Below the pieces are notes generated by a model. That model saw only the letters and a program-made list of their open reading frames with translations. It was not told where the DNA came from and did not search any database. Below, piece after piece: positions 54,171 to 63,708 of a DNA stretch of 64,000 nt. Source of the DNA: Nitrospirota bacterium (lineage in GTDB: Bacteria; Nitrospirota; UBA9217); the NCBI GenBank assembly GCA_963741205.1, contig CAVUHW010000026.1, forward strand, positions 317,395 through 381,394. The letters run 5' to 3'. A program made the position numbers and the translations under genes. How positions within the stretch are numbered: position 1 is the first letter of the stretch; the number at the start of each line of letters is the position of its first letter.

Positions 54171-54740
54171 CTACTTCATCCCTTCCTTAAACTTCACCCC
54201 GTCCTTCCACGCGTTCCCCACCTGTTCGCCGACGGCCCAGAACCGGTTGTCCGGCATGGTCAGGAGGAAGGGCCGGATCTTCTTCACGTCCGGCTTGTCG
54301 TTCTCCAGGTACTTCTCCTCGGAGTAGATGTTCACGATCTCAGCGATGAAGAACGTGTTCGTGGGAAGCTCGATGGTCTGCACAAGCCGGCACTCCAGGG
54401 CGAGCGGGCACTCGGTGATGAGCGGCGCCTGCTTCAGCTCGCCGTAAAAAACCTCAAAAAGCTTCGACTTGTCCGCCTTGCTTCCCGATACGATGCCGCA
54501 GTAGTCCGTCTTGGCCACCATGTCCACGGTCGGGATATTGACGCTGAACTCGCCGGTCTTCCGGATCGCCGCGTTCGAGGCGTGGCCCTTGTTCACGCAG
54601 ATGCCGAGCATGGCGGGTTGGAAGTTCACGCGCGTGAGCCAGTCCAGGGCCATGAAGTTCACCCTGTTGTCCACGTGTGTGCCCAGGAGCGTCTGGGTCC
54701 AGGGCAGGCAGAAAAGATTCTTGTCCACGGTCCGTTTCAT
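54171..54740 (-). CDS. flavin reductase / flavoredoxin family protein
   Basis: TGEFSVNIP; CGIVSG; APLITECPLALEC. Confidence 0.9.
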   Translation of the reverse strand: MKRTVDKNLFCLPWTQTLLGTHVDNRVNFMALDWLTRVNFQPAMLGICVNKGHASNAAIRKTGEFSVNIPTVDMVAKTDYCGIVSGSKADKSKLFEVFYGELKQAPLITECPLALECRLVQTIELPTNTFFIAEIVNIYSEEKYLENDKPDVKKIRPFLLTMPDNRFWAVGEQVGNAWKDGVKFKEGMK

Positions 54741-54759
54741 TATTCCTCCAGAATACTAC

Positions 54760-54817
54760 AAGTAAGAAGTAGGAAGTATGAAATAATTTCTTCCTTCTTA
54801 ATTCTCACTTCTTACTT
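54760..54817. repeat. heptamer inverted-repeat hairpin (AAGTAAG/CTTACTT); related copies at 41845, 45579, 52806, 55056 and 63639
   Basis: aagtaagaagtaggaagtatgaa ... ttcttaattctcacttcttactt. Confidence 0.8.
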
Positions 54818-54862
54818 ATAAGTACTAAATGATCTATAATAATTCTAGGGGTCCGAATTCTT

Positions 54863-55048
54863 ATGAAAGCCCGCTACATCCGGATCGCGATCATCGTTAT
54901 TGGCCTGCCGCTGGCTTATTGGATCTACCCATTCAGATTGCTGAATACGCCGTCAGGTCCCTGGAACCTGGAGCAGATCTACCGGGGGGCCGCAGCTTTT
55001 GTTATTTGCTTCTGGATCGTTATCTTCGTGGTAAATGTGCGGGACTAA
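54863..55048 (+). CDS. small two-TM membrane protein
   Basis: 61-aa ORF with two hydrophobic segments, between two heptamer hairpins. Confidence 0.55.
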   Translation: MKARYIRIAIIVIGLPLAYWIYPFRLLNTPSGPWNLEQIYRGAAAFVICFWIVIFVVNVRD

Positions 55049-55103
55049 GTACTTCAAGTAAGAAGGATGAATTAATTTTTTACTTCTTACTTTCCTTTCA
55101 ACT

Positions 55104-55502
55104 TCAGATCGATAAATCCGGCTTCTGCCCCTTCTCCTCTTTCTTGAATATCATAATAAGCGTGTCCGTCATCGTCGCGCCGGTCTTTGCATCCTGCCAA
55201 GGGCTCTGGACAACCACGTCTACGTCGGTATCGACTTTCTTGAAACGCGCAGTTTCTTTTGATGTGCTTCCGATCTTCAGGAACAGGAGCCCCTGTTTCT
55301 TGTAAAATTCGACGACTTCCGCGATATTGGCGCTGGTCCGGTATGCCGCTCCCCGGACAGACATGGACTCCCTGAGCTGCTTCGTCCTGGCTTGATCGTA
55401 TTTCGCTCCGGGGTACACTGTGACGCCCATCCGTTCTTCGGCAGCAGCGGACGAAATGCACAACATCAAAACGAACGCGGAAAAAATGGTTCTTGTCAGC
55501 AT
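55104..55502 (-). CDS. exported hypothetical protein
   Basis: Signal peptide ending SAAAAE; VTVYPGAK; VVEFYKK. Confidence 0.7.
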   Translation of the reverse strand: MLTRTIFSAFVLMLCISSAAAEERMGVTVYPGAKYDQARTKQLRESMSVRGAAYRTSANIAEVVEFYKKQGLLFLKIGSTSKETARFKKVDTDVDVVVQSPWQDAKTGATMTDTLIMIFKKEEKGQKPDLSI

Positions 55503-55588
55503 CTTCAGCACCCCATACCTTTTCTTACCAACGGTTTCCTTGCTTCCCCGCCGTATTGCTTCATCATTGTCCGATGAACTACCCGCCA

Positions 55589-56287
55589 CTAAATTGTATG
55601 AACAATTGTAGCGGGGGTTTCACGGTTCACAGAAGATTGCGGGACAAGAGCTATGCTCTTATCCCGTCTTACATGCTTCTCCCCGCGCATAACATCGGGC
55701 AGTTCCTGCCCTAGTGATGACTTTTTCTTTAACCGCATGGCCCGCTTTTTTTCTTTTACGGTGATTTCGCCGTCGATAAGCTTTTGTATCCCGCGCGTTT
55801 TAACCACGCGGGCAGCGTTTACGTCGGCGTTCTCCGTAAATCCGCAGTCTAAACATTCGAACATCGCCTGCGACAGGCGGTTGTCCGGGTGAGTGTGCCC
55901 GCATCGGGAACACTCCTGCGATGTGCCATGGGGATTTATTGCCAACACAAGCTTATTGAGTCTTTGAGCTTTATACGTGGTAAATAGCTTGACCTTGCCC
56001 CACGCCGAATCAAGGATGGCCTTATTGAGCCCCGCCTTTGCCCTGGCGCCATTCGGTTCATAAAGGAACGGGGTCAGGTCCCTGTCTTTGAATTGGGCAT
56101 ACTGCTGGTCGACAGGCACGTCGATGCCGGTACAAGACAGTGTCTTGTCCCGGAATTTACTGAAATACCGGTATTCTCCCACCTTGGCGTTGTAAATGAA
56201 CCTCTGGCAGCCCATCCATGCCGACAGCGCATTCGCCTGCGCAGCCGTAGGATAGCACCTGAATTTTACGCCGCTTGACAGTGCCAT
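55589..56287 (-). pseudogene. tnpB: TnpB with in-frame internal deletion of about 250 aa
   Basis: LTPFLY joined almost directly to NGARAKAGLNK; RuvC-I and RuvC-II motifs missing. Confidence 0.88.
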
Positions 56288-56310
56288 AAGACTATTGTAT
56301 ATTAGGTTGC

Positions 56311-56754
56311 ATGGAAAATCAACCAAATATATCATTGTCTCATGCTGTATATATAATCAGGCTACACATAGTATTCGTGACAAAATACCGGAGAAAGGTG
56401 CTTACCGGAGACATGCTCGAATACTTACGATCTGCCTTTACGGAGATCCTTTCCGGTTGGCGGTGCAGTCTTATAGAGTTTGGCGGCGAAGAGGATCATG
56501 TGCATCTTCTTGTCGACATACATCCTGCCCTTGATATTTCGTATTTGATAAACAATCTTAAATCGGCCAGCTCGAAGCGTCTTCGCCGTGTATATTCCGA
56601 CCACATAAATAAATTCTACTGGAAGCCTGTCCTGTGGCACAGAGCATATTACGTCGGCAGTGTTGGTAATGTCACCCTGGACGTCATTCGCAATTATATT
56701 GATCATCAGGGCACTTCGGAAAAAAACCCAACGCACCCGAAACCATCCGCTTGA
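56311..56754 (+). CDS. tnpA: IS200/IS605 family Y1 transposase
   Basis: HIVFVTKYRRKV; DHVHLL (HUH); LKSASS; YIDHQ. Confidence 0.95.
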   Translation: MENQPNISLSHAVYIIRLHIVFVTKYRRKVLTGDMLEYLRSAFTEILSGWRCSLIEFGGEEDHVHLLVDIHPALDISYLINNLKSASSKRLRRVYSDHINKFYWKPVLWHRAYYVGSVGNVTLDVIRNYIDHQGTSEKNPTHPKPSA

Positions 56755-56802
56755 CCCCCTCCTGGCCCACGCGCCTAGCAGGGGGAATGCGCGGATGTCA
56801 GT

Positions 56803-57102
56803 TCAACGATCAACCTCATCAACCCTCAACAACCGGTGTCCTTCGAAGACGGTCAATATTTCCACATTGTTCTTGTTTATTCTGTAGGCAATTCGATATT
56901 TATTGAAAATCAATTCCCTTATGCCGGGATTGGAAATTTCCGGCACCGTTCTTCCGATGCGAAGTTCGCCCGGCAGTACAGCCTCTGCATGCGCTACGAG
57001 CTCATCGACAAATTTTGCAGCCCGCTCCGCGGAGTCTTTTGCTATGAAATCCTCGTTTTCCGTCAATTGCCGGAGGGCTTCACGGGTCCAGAGTATCTTC
57101 AT
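56803..57102 (-). CDS. RelE/ParE family toxin
   Basis: MKILWTREA; IGRTVPE; IRELI..YRIAY. Confidence 0.9.
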   Translation of the reverse strand: MKILWTREALRQLTENEDFIAKDSAERAAKFVDELVAHAEAVLPGELRIGRTVPEISNPGIRELIFNKYRIAYRINKNNVEILTVFEGHRLLRVDEVDR

Positions 57103-57108
57103 GAGGGC

Positions 57109-57393
57109 TTATTCCCTGGCTCTTCCGGAAGATAAGGTGGCCCTGAGCTCTTTCGCAGAGTAGGTTCTCCCGCTATCGGCATCCGCAATACCCCTACCGA
57201 CAGAATCAAGAAATGCCTTTCTGTATACCAATTCGTCATAGTCTTCCGGCGACAGGAGCACCCCGGCAGGCTTGCCGTTCTGGGTAATGATCACGGGATG
57301 CCCTGTACTCTGGAGGCTTTTGAACCACTTGGAGATGCTTGTCTTGAATTCGGCAATGGGGACGATATCGTTTTTGATGGAGATCGTTTTCAC
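57109..57393 (-). CDS. Phd/YefM family antitoxin
   Basis: PIAEFK; PVIITQNGKPAGVLLS. Confidence 0.9.
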   Translation of the reverse strand: MKTISIKNDIVPIAEFKTSISKWFKSLQSTGHPVIITQNGKPAGVLLSPEDYDELVYRKAFLDSVGRGIADADSGRTYSAKELRATLSSGRARE

Positions 57394-57505
57394 GGAGCAG
57401 CTCCTAATTAAGACATATTTACTGATCTAAATATAGGTCAATTCGATAGGTAAAGCAAGCTGTTAAAATGATGCCCCAAGATGTAAATAACCCTAAAGAC
57501 GAAAG

Positions 57506-57641
57506 TTGGGCGCAGATGAACGCAGATTTTCGCCGATAAACCAAAAAGATAATTGCAATTTGGTATTCGCCGAAAAGGCGACTTGACATAGTGATTCAAG
57601 CTCTTGAATATCTACGTGCATAAGCGTAAATCCGCGTCCAA
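57506..57641. repeat. 9/10-mer inverted-repeat element (CGCAGAT type)
   Basis: ttgggcgcagatgaacgcagattttcgccgat ... atctacgtgcataagcgtaaatccgcgtccaa. Confidence 0.65.
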
Positions 57642-57743
57642 CTACTCTTTCCAGGATAATTAATATTGCATCCCGGAAAGTCCCCCCCTCACCCAACCCT
57701 CTCCCCTCCGGGGAGAGGATAAAGAAGCGGGGCAAGGCAGCAA

Positions 57744-58481
57744 TCATTCAATTGATTTGTGAAGCTTCACAGGGCGGGCTTTCCTCCGGACCTTCATATT
57801 CAGCAGTTCTACAGCGACGGAGAAGGCCATGGCAAAGTAGATGTAACCCTTCGGCACATGAAAACCAAAGCCGTCAGCGATCAGGGTCACGCCGATGAGG
57901 ACGAGAAAGCTGAGGGCGAGCATCTTGATGGTGGGATGTTTGTCCACGAAGGCGCCGATGGACCGGGCTGAGAACATCATCACGATGACGGCGAGGACGA
58001 TAGCGATGATCATCACGGCCACCTCGTTCGCCAGTCCGACCGCGGTGATCACCGAATCGAGCGAAAAAATGATGTCGAGGATCGCGATTTGCACCAAGAC
58101 GGAGACGAACCCCGCAACGGCCTTCCTGCCCCCTTCTTCTTCGGACGCCCCCTCGAGACTGTCATGGATCTCGATCGTGCTTTTCCAGATCAGGAACAGG
58201 CCCCCGATGATGAGGATGAGGTCCCGGCCGGAGACCGCCCGTGAAGAAACGGCGAAGAGCGGGGCCGTCAGCCTCATGACCCACACGATGGACAGCAGGA
58301 GGGCGATGCGGGTGAACATGGCGAGTCCAAGCCCCAGGACCCGGGCCTTGTCCCTTTGCCGGTCCGGGAGCCTGCCCACGAGGACCGTGATGAAGATGAT
58401 ATTATCGACGCCGAGTATAATCTCGAGCGCCGTCAGTGTCAGGAGCGCTATCCACGCCTGGGGGTCAGTCAGCCATTCCAT
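57744..58481 (-). CDS. TerC family membrane protein
   Basis: LEIILGVDNIIFI; LDIIFSLDSVITAVG; HPTIKMLAL; PKGYIY. Confidence 0.93.
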   Translation of the reverse strand: MEWLTDPQAWIALLTLTALEIILGVDNIIFITVLVGRLPDRQRDKARVLGLGLAMFTRIALLLSIVWVMRLTAPLFAVSSRAVSGRDLILIIGGLFLIWKSTIEIHDSLEGASEEEGGRKAVAGFVSVLVQIAILDIIFSLDSVITAVGLANEVAVMIIAIVLAVIVMMFSARSIGAFVDKHPTIKMLALSFLVLIGVTLIADGFGFHVPKGYIYFAMAFSVAVELLNMKVRRKARPVKLHKSIE

Positions 58482-58597
58482 TGTAAATCCTCGCTTAATT
58501 CTTCATGAAGCAGGGCAGCAAGCCGGCTGCCGGCGGGTTGGGCGTGAATGCCCTGTCGTCGAGGGTTCGAAGTCATGCGCGCAATGCGCAAACCAGA

Positions 58598-59134
58598 TCA
58601 CATCTTCTCGATCTCTTCCTTAAAATACACGTACACGTCCTGATCGAAGATGCAGAACTCGACGAGTTCGAGCGAGGAAGCAGCGTTGTCTTTCAGGAAT
58701 GCCGCCGTCTCGCCTACCAGGATCTTCGCGCACCGTTCCTTGGGGAAGCCGAAAATCCCCGCGCTGATGGCCGGGACCGAAATGCTTTTCAGCTTTTCCC
58801 CGGCTGCAAGCGTGAGAACGCAGTTAATCGCGCTCTTCAGTTTACTGTCCTCATCTCCCTCCCCCATCCGGGGGCCCACGGCGTGAATGATATAGCGGGC
58901 TTTTAGTTTCCCGGCCGTCGTGATCACAGCGCTGCCCACGGGCACAAACCCGATCTTGTCGCTCTCGTCCTGGATCACCCGGCCGCCTTTTCTGACGATC
59001 GCGCCTGCGACTCCCCCGCCGTGCTGAAGCCGGCTGTTCGCAGCGTTCACGATGGCATCGACGTCCCGTTCCGTGAGGTCGGCCGATACAAGCCGGAGGG
59101 TTTTATTGCCGATCTTCTTTTCGAGAGCATCCAT
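58598..59134 (-). CDS. macro domain protein (ADP-ribose hydrolase, YmdB-like)
   Basis: DAIVNAAN; HGGGVAGAI; IIHAVGP; AISAGIFGFP. Confidence 0.93.
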   Translation of the reverse strand: MDALEKKIGNKTLRLVSADLTERDVDAIVNAANSRLQHGGGVAGAIVRKGGRVIQDESDKIGFVPVGSAVITTAGKLKARYIIHAVGPRMGEGDEDSKLKSAINCVLTLAAGEKLKSISVPAISAGIFGFPKERCAKILVGETAAFLKDNAASSLELVEFCIFDQDVYVYFKEEIEKM

Positions 59135-59180
59135 AAGGCACCTCCCATGTATGATGATGGGGCAACTACTCAGGCCTGTC

Positions 59181-59323
59181 TCGCGCAAAGCCGCCAAGTG
59201 CGCAAAGAAAACCTGGGAATTGAATTGCCGAAATCTTGCAACCGGCAATTTATTTTCTCAACTGCTGGTTCAACAATTACCGAATGGCTCATCCTTTCTT
59301 TGCGTCTTTGCGTCTCTGCGCGA
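59181..59323. repeat. 9-mer periodic inverted-repeat element (CGCAAAG/CTTTGCG)
   Basis: tcgcgcaaagccgccaagtgcgcaaag ... ctttgcgtctttgcgtctctgcgcga. Confidence 0.75.
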
Positions 59324-59470
59324 AACCTGAATTTTATTTTTTATGGACTCTTCTTATAACCCAGTTTAACTATGTTGATACCAAGAATATCTCAACTCCC
59401 GTCAGAAAACAAGCGGCGCGCCTCTTGTTGCATTGTACTGATACCATACCTATGCTATAATAGCGCCACT

Positions 59471-60217
59471 ATGAACAACCTCGACTTCACCGGACTCAAT
59501 CCGGCCGTTTCGGAAAAGCTTTCACCCATGGTCGAGGACCTCCTCGGCGGGCACGCCTCGAACATCCACTCCTTCCACGTCGTGGGCAGCGCCGTGCTCC
59601 CGGATTATAGCGAAAATCTGTCGGACATCAATTCCGTTGTCGTCCTTCATTCCATGGATTTACGGTTCCTCTCCTTCCTGGCGCCGCTCGGAAAGAAGTA
59701 CGGAAAGAAACGGATCGCCGCGCCTCTCGTCATGACGCCCGAGTACATCACGAGCTCTCTCGATGCCTTTCCGATCGAATTCCTCGACTTCAAGCTCATC
59801 CATAAAACCGTGTTCGGCGAAGACATCCTGCGGGGCCTTGAGATCGACGGAAAGAACCTCAGGCTGCAGTGCGAGCGCGAGGTCAAGATCAAACTGATCA
59901 ATGTGAGGCAGGGATATATATCTTCCCTCGGGAAGAAGACGCCTCTCGAAGAGGCCCTCGTCAGGTCCATAACCGGTTCCATGGCCCTCTTCCGGGCGAT
60001 CATTGTTCTTCTGGGCAAGCAGCCGCCTGTTCCCAGGACTGAAGTTATAACAAGGCTCGGTTCGGCAACAGGCCTTGACACCGACATATTCCAAAAGCTC
60101 CTCATGCTCAAGACCGGCCTGATCAAGCCGAAAGAGCATGAACTGCACACGCTCTTCGAACGCTACTACCTTGCGCTTGAGTCCACGGGAAAGACCATCG
60201 ATGCACTCCATAATTAA
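59471..60217 (+). CDS. nucleotidyltransferase-fold hypothetical protein
   Basis: VGSA......SDIN; DAFPIEF; LRLQCERE. Confidence 0.7.
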   Translation: MNNLDFTGLNPAVSEKLSPMVEDLLGGHASNIHSFHVVGSAVLPDYSENLSDINSVVVLHSMDLRFLSFLAPLGKKYGKKRIAAPLVMTPEYITSSLDAFPIEFLDFKLIHKTVFGEDILRGLEIDGKNLRLQCEREVKIKLINVRQGYISSLGKKTPLEEALVRSITGSMALFRAIIVLLGKQPPVPRTEVITRLGSATGLDTDIFQKLLMLKTGLIKPKEHELHTLFERYYLALESTGKTIDALHN

Positions 60218-60989
60218 ACGGGCCTTCATTGCGGCGCTCCTTCTCGTGGCCGTCTGCGCCTCCCTTGCCGCGGCCTCGACGCCGCAGCCGCCGGAAATGC
60301 CGCGCGACTACGTGGTCGATCTTGCTGGCGTGGTCCCGGATGAGGTGCAGGCCCGGCTGAATGCGTACCTCAGGGAGCTTGAGCAGAAGACCACGGCCCA
60401 GGTGCTCGTCCTTACGGTCCAGAGCCTCGACGGACAGGCAATCGAGGAATTCACGTTCAATACCAAGGAAAAATGGAAGCTCGGCCAAAAGGGCAAAGAC
60501 AACGGAGTACTCATCGTCGTCGCCGTGCAAGACCGGAAGTACCGTCTTGAGATCGGCTATGGGCTCGAAGGCATACTGCCCGACAGCCTCGTCGGCACGA
60601 TCGGGCGGGAATATCTGGTCCCCTATTTCAGAAAAGGCGACTACGGCGCCGGGATCTACGCCGCCACGCTCGCCGTGGCTAATACGATTGCTTCGCAGGA
60701 AGGCGTAAGCATCACCGGGATGCCCACGATGCAGCAGCCCCGGGGCGCGCAAACCCGAAAACCAATCGGGATGTTTCAGGCTGTTGTGTTCGGCATTCTC
60801 ATTCTTGTGGCCCTCGTTCTGTTCATTACGCACCCCCAGCAGTGCCTTTTGCTTCTTTTGGCTTCCCAAATGGGAGGGGGGCGGGGCGGCTGGTCCGGCG
60901 GGGGCGGAGGAGGCTTCGGTGGAGGAGGCGGCTTCGGCGGAGGGGGAGGCGGAAGCGGCGGAGGCGGCGGAGCGTCGGGTGGGTGGTAG
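60201..60989 (+). CDS. TPM domain protein (YgcG-like)
   Basis: YVVDLAGV; WKLGQKGKDNGVL; EIGYGLEG; Gly-rich tail ending GGW. Confidence 0.92.
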   Translation: MHSIIKRAFIAALLLVAVCASLAAASTPQPPEMPRDYVVDLAGVVPDEVQARLNAYLRELEQKTTAQVLVLTVQSLDGQAIEEFTFNTKEKWKLGQKGKDNGVLIVVAVQDRKYRLEIGYGLEGILPDSLVGTIGREYLVPYFRKGDYGAGIYAATLAVANTIASQEGVSITGMPTMQQPRGAQTRKPIGMFQAVVFGILILVALVLFITHPQQCLLLLLASQMGGGRGGWSGGGGGGFGGGGGFGGGGGGSGGGGGASGGW

Positions 60990-61001
60990 AGGGAGAACAC
61001 C

Positions 61002-61090
61002 GTTGCGGGTTGCGGGGTGCGGGTTGCAGTATGGGAGCGGGTTGCGGGTTTACAGGTTTAACTCGCAACCGGCAACTCGCAACTCGTAAC
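61002..61090. repeat. heptamer inverted-repeat hairpin (GTTGCGG/CGCAAC type)
   Basis: gttgcgggttgcggggtgcgggttgc ... aactcgcaaccggcaactcgcaactcgtaac. Confidence 0.85.
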
Positions 61091-61178
61091 AAACCCGAAC
61101 AGTCGCGCAAATGTGCTAAGTTTTGCGAAAAAATATCATTAGCTTAAAACCAAAGATAGGGTAAATCAGGAGGTCATC

Positions 61179-61754
61179 ATGAACAACGGAGCAAAGACAG
61201 GGTTGATCACTCTCGCGGTTATCGCGTTGATCGCGATCATGGCCGTTATGTACGGCATGGGCCAGTACAACCAGGTAGTGGCCATGGACGAGCAGGTGAA
61301 ATCGCAGTGGGCCCAGGTTGAAAACCAGTTGAAGCGGCGGTACGACCTGATCCCGAACCTCGTGGAGACGGTCAAGGGATACACAAAACATGAGCAGGAG
61401 ATTTTCGAACACTTGGCCGATGCCAGGACGAAATATTTCGCGGCGAACACGGTGAAGGAGAAGATCCAGGCGTCCCAGCAGCTCGAGGGATTTCTCTCCC
61501 GGCTTCTGGTGCTCCAGGAGACCTATCCGCAACTCAAGGCAAACGAGAACTTTCTGAAGCTGCAAGACACGCTCGAAGGCACTGAAAACAGGATCGCCGT
61601 CGAACGCAAACGATATAACGACGATGTGAAAGCGCTCAACACCTACCGGAGAACGGTGTTCGGAAAGTTCTTTGCTTCCCTGGCAGGCGTGAATGAAGCG
61701 CAGTATTACGAGATTCCTCAGGCGGAAAAAGAGGCCCCTAAAGTGAAGTTCTGA
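61179..61754 (+). CDS. lemA: LemA family protein
   Basis: WAQVENQLKRRYDLIPNLVETVKGY; YPQLKAN; LEGTENRIAVER. Confidence 0.95.
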   Translation: MNNGAKTGLITLAVIALIAIMAVMYGMGQYNQVVAMDEQVKSQWAQVENQLKRRYDLIPNLVETVKGYTKHEQEIFEHLADARTKYFAANTVKEKIQASQQLEGFLSRLLVLQETYPQLKANENFLKLQDTLEGTENRIAVERKRYNDDVKALNTYRRTVFGKFFASLAGVNEAQYYEIPQAEKEAPKVKF

Positions 61755-61763
61755 TGAAAATTT

Positions 61764-61857
61764 ACCGCGAAGGCGCGAAGGACGCAAAAAAAGAACTCCC
61801 GGTCTTTAAACCCGTCAGAATCTTTAGCTCTCCTCGCGTCCTTGGCGCCTTCGCGGT
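61764..61857. repeat. 9-mer periodic inverted-repeat element (CGCGAAGG type)
   Basis: accgcgaaggcgcgaaggacgc ... gcgtccttggcgccttcgcggt. Confidence 0.75.
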
Positions 61858-61986
61858 TTCAAGATTTTGGTTCCAGCTTGTCCGGGTTAGATGAGAAGTT
61901 TTGAATCAGGTTTCTTCCGTCTCGCTCAGATTTTCATCCGATTTTTCCGCGTCCGAACTGCAATTTAGAGGATCATGACCGCAGTT

Positions 61987-63628
61987 TCACGAACTCTTCA
62001 GCACGGCTTCCGTCTTCACTCCTTCGGGGGCCGCAAGGTCCTCGAAGGCCGTCATCGCGGCGATGGAGCCGTGCGACACAGCGACGGCGATCTGCTTCGG
62101 CGCGCCGGTAATATCGCCCGCGGCATAGACGCCGGGCATGGATGTCCGCATGGTCATCAGGTCCGTCTTGATGTATCCCTGATCGTCGAGTTCGAGTCCG
62201 AGCTGTTTTGCGAGGTCATTGTTCGGGACATACCCAATGGCGACGAATACGCCGTCCAGTCGGCAGTTCCTGAATTTGCCGGATTTCTTGTCCTCGATCT
62301 TCACGGCCTTCACGATTTTGTCGCCGGTGATCTCGCGCACCTCGCTGTCCCACAGCGCGGAGATACCCGACTGCTTTAAACTCTCCTGGAGCCGCCGCTC
62401 GGCGCGGAGCGCATCCCGCCAGTGTACCAGGGTTACCTTCGCGCCGATATTATGGAGATAGAGCGCGTCCGTGACCGCTGTATTGCCGCCGCCCACCACG
62501 ATCACCGGTTTCCCGTCCTTGAAGTAGTAACCGTCGCAGGTCGCGCAGTAGCTTACGCCCCTCCCGTAGAACCTCTGGGCGCCCTTTGCTTCCAGCGCGC
62601 GGTTGGCGACTCCCGTTGCGATGATCAGACCTTTCGTGTTGTAGATGGCGTGGTTCGTCTTGAGCGATAGCCTTCCGTTCTCGCGGTCCTTCGCCACTTC
62701 CGTCACATATTCTCCGATATGGACCTCGCAGTACTGCGCGGCCTGCTGTGCGATCAAGTCCACGAGACTTTTCCCGCCGATACGCATGAAACCCGGATAG
62801 TTCTCCACGACCGGCGTGATGGCAACCTGGCCGCCCAGGTTGCTTTTCTCGATCACGATGCTGTTGAGTCCCGCGCGCACGGCATAGATCGCCGCGGTGA
62901 GCCCGGCGGGGCCGCCTCCGATGATGACGAGGTCTTTTTCCACCGGCTCGCCCGAAATCTGTGTTGACGCGACCTGCGGTTCCTTGAGCGAGAGCAGGGA
63001 CTCCACGAACCAGGGCTCCGGCTGGAGGCCGGCGCCGGTGAACGTGTTGTTGATGAACGTCTGCGGCACGGCGAGCGAGCCGAGGCTCTCCGCAAGGTCC
63101 TGGTTCTCGTAAATCTCGACGATCTCGGCCGAGATCAAGTCGGGCTTCACGATTGCGGCGGAGAACGCGGACATGACCTGCTGCGGGCAATAAGGGCACG
63201 TGGGGCTCACGAAGACCTGGATGTCCCGTTTCTCCCGGAGCTGGTCGTTGATCTTTGCCAGCGCTTCTTCGGTCAGAACGGTCTTCCCGGTGGACGCCAT
63301 CAGGATGGCCACCAGGAAGGAGCGGCCCTCTTCGCCGACCGGAGCGCCGGTGTAACGGATGCGATACTTGTCGGGGGCGATCAGGACCGTAGGCGACCGG
63401 GTGACGTTCCGTTTGCGGACTGTTCGTCACCGATGGTATGGAACGACGCCTTCAGCTTGTCGGATAGTCCCGCAATCGCCTTGACCAGGGCAACGGCCGC
63501 ATCGTTAAACTGGTCGTTCTGCCCTGTTTGGTATAGACCTCAAGGCGTACGTCTTCCTTGAGCCCGTCCAGAAGAGTTTCCTTGATGGCCTGCTTTACGT
63601 CGTCGGGAATGATTTCTTGTTGTGCCAT
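61987..63628 (-). CDS. trxB: thioredoxin-disulfide reductase with N-terminal thioredoxin/AhpF-like domain (frameshifts in 5' part)
   Basis: CPYCP; GGGPAG; GVSYCATCDG; GGGNTA; YAAGD; start MAQQEIIP at 63628. Confidence 0.88.
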
Positions 63629-63638
63629 TGTTTACCTC

Positions 63639-63706
63639 AATTAAGAAGGAGAAGTAAGAAGAGGAAGAAGTAAAATTTCTGAATTCTTAATTCATCCTTC
63701 TTACTT
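63639..63706. repeat. heptamer inverted-repeat hairpin (AAGTAAG type)
   Basis: aattaagaaggagaagtaagaa ... ttcttaattcatccttcttactt. Confidence 0.75.
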
Positions 63707-63708
63707 AT

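Larger units (their letters stand above)
55574..56801 (-). mobile_element. IS200/IS605-family element 2 (tnpA intact, tnpB internally deleted)
   Basis: Same end sequences as element 1; divergent tnpA/tnpB. Confidence 0.9.

Noticed and set aside
60872-60989. G-rich tract as a G-quadruplex or tandem repeat element
   Set aside because: Explained by the Gly-rich tail typical of TPM/YgcG proteins.
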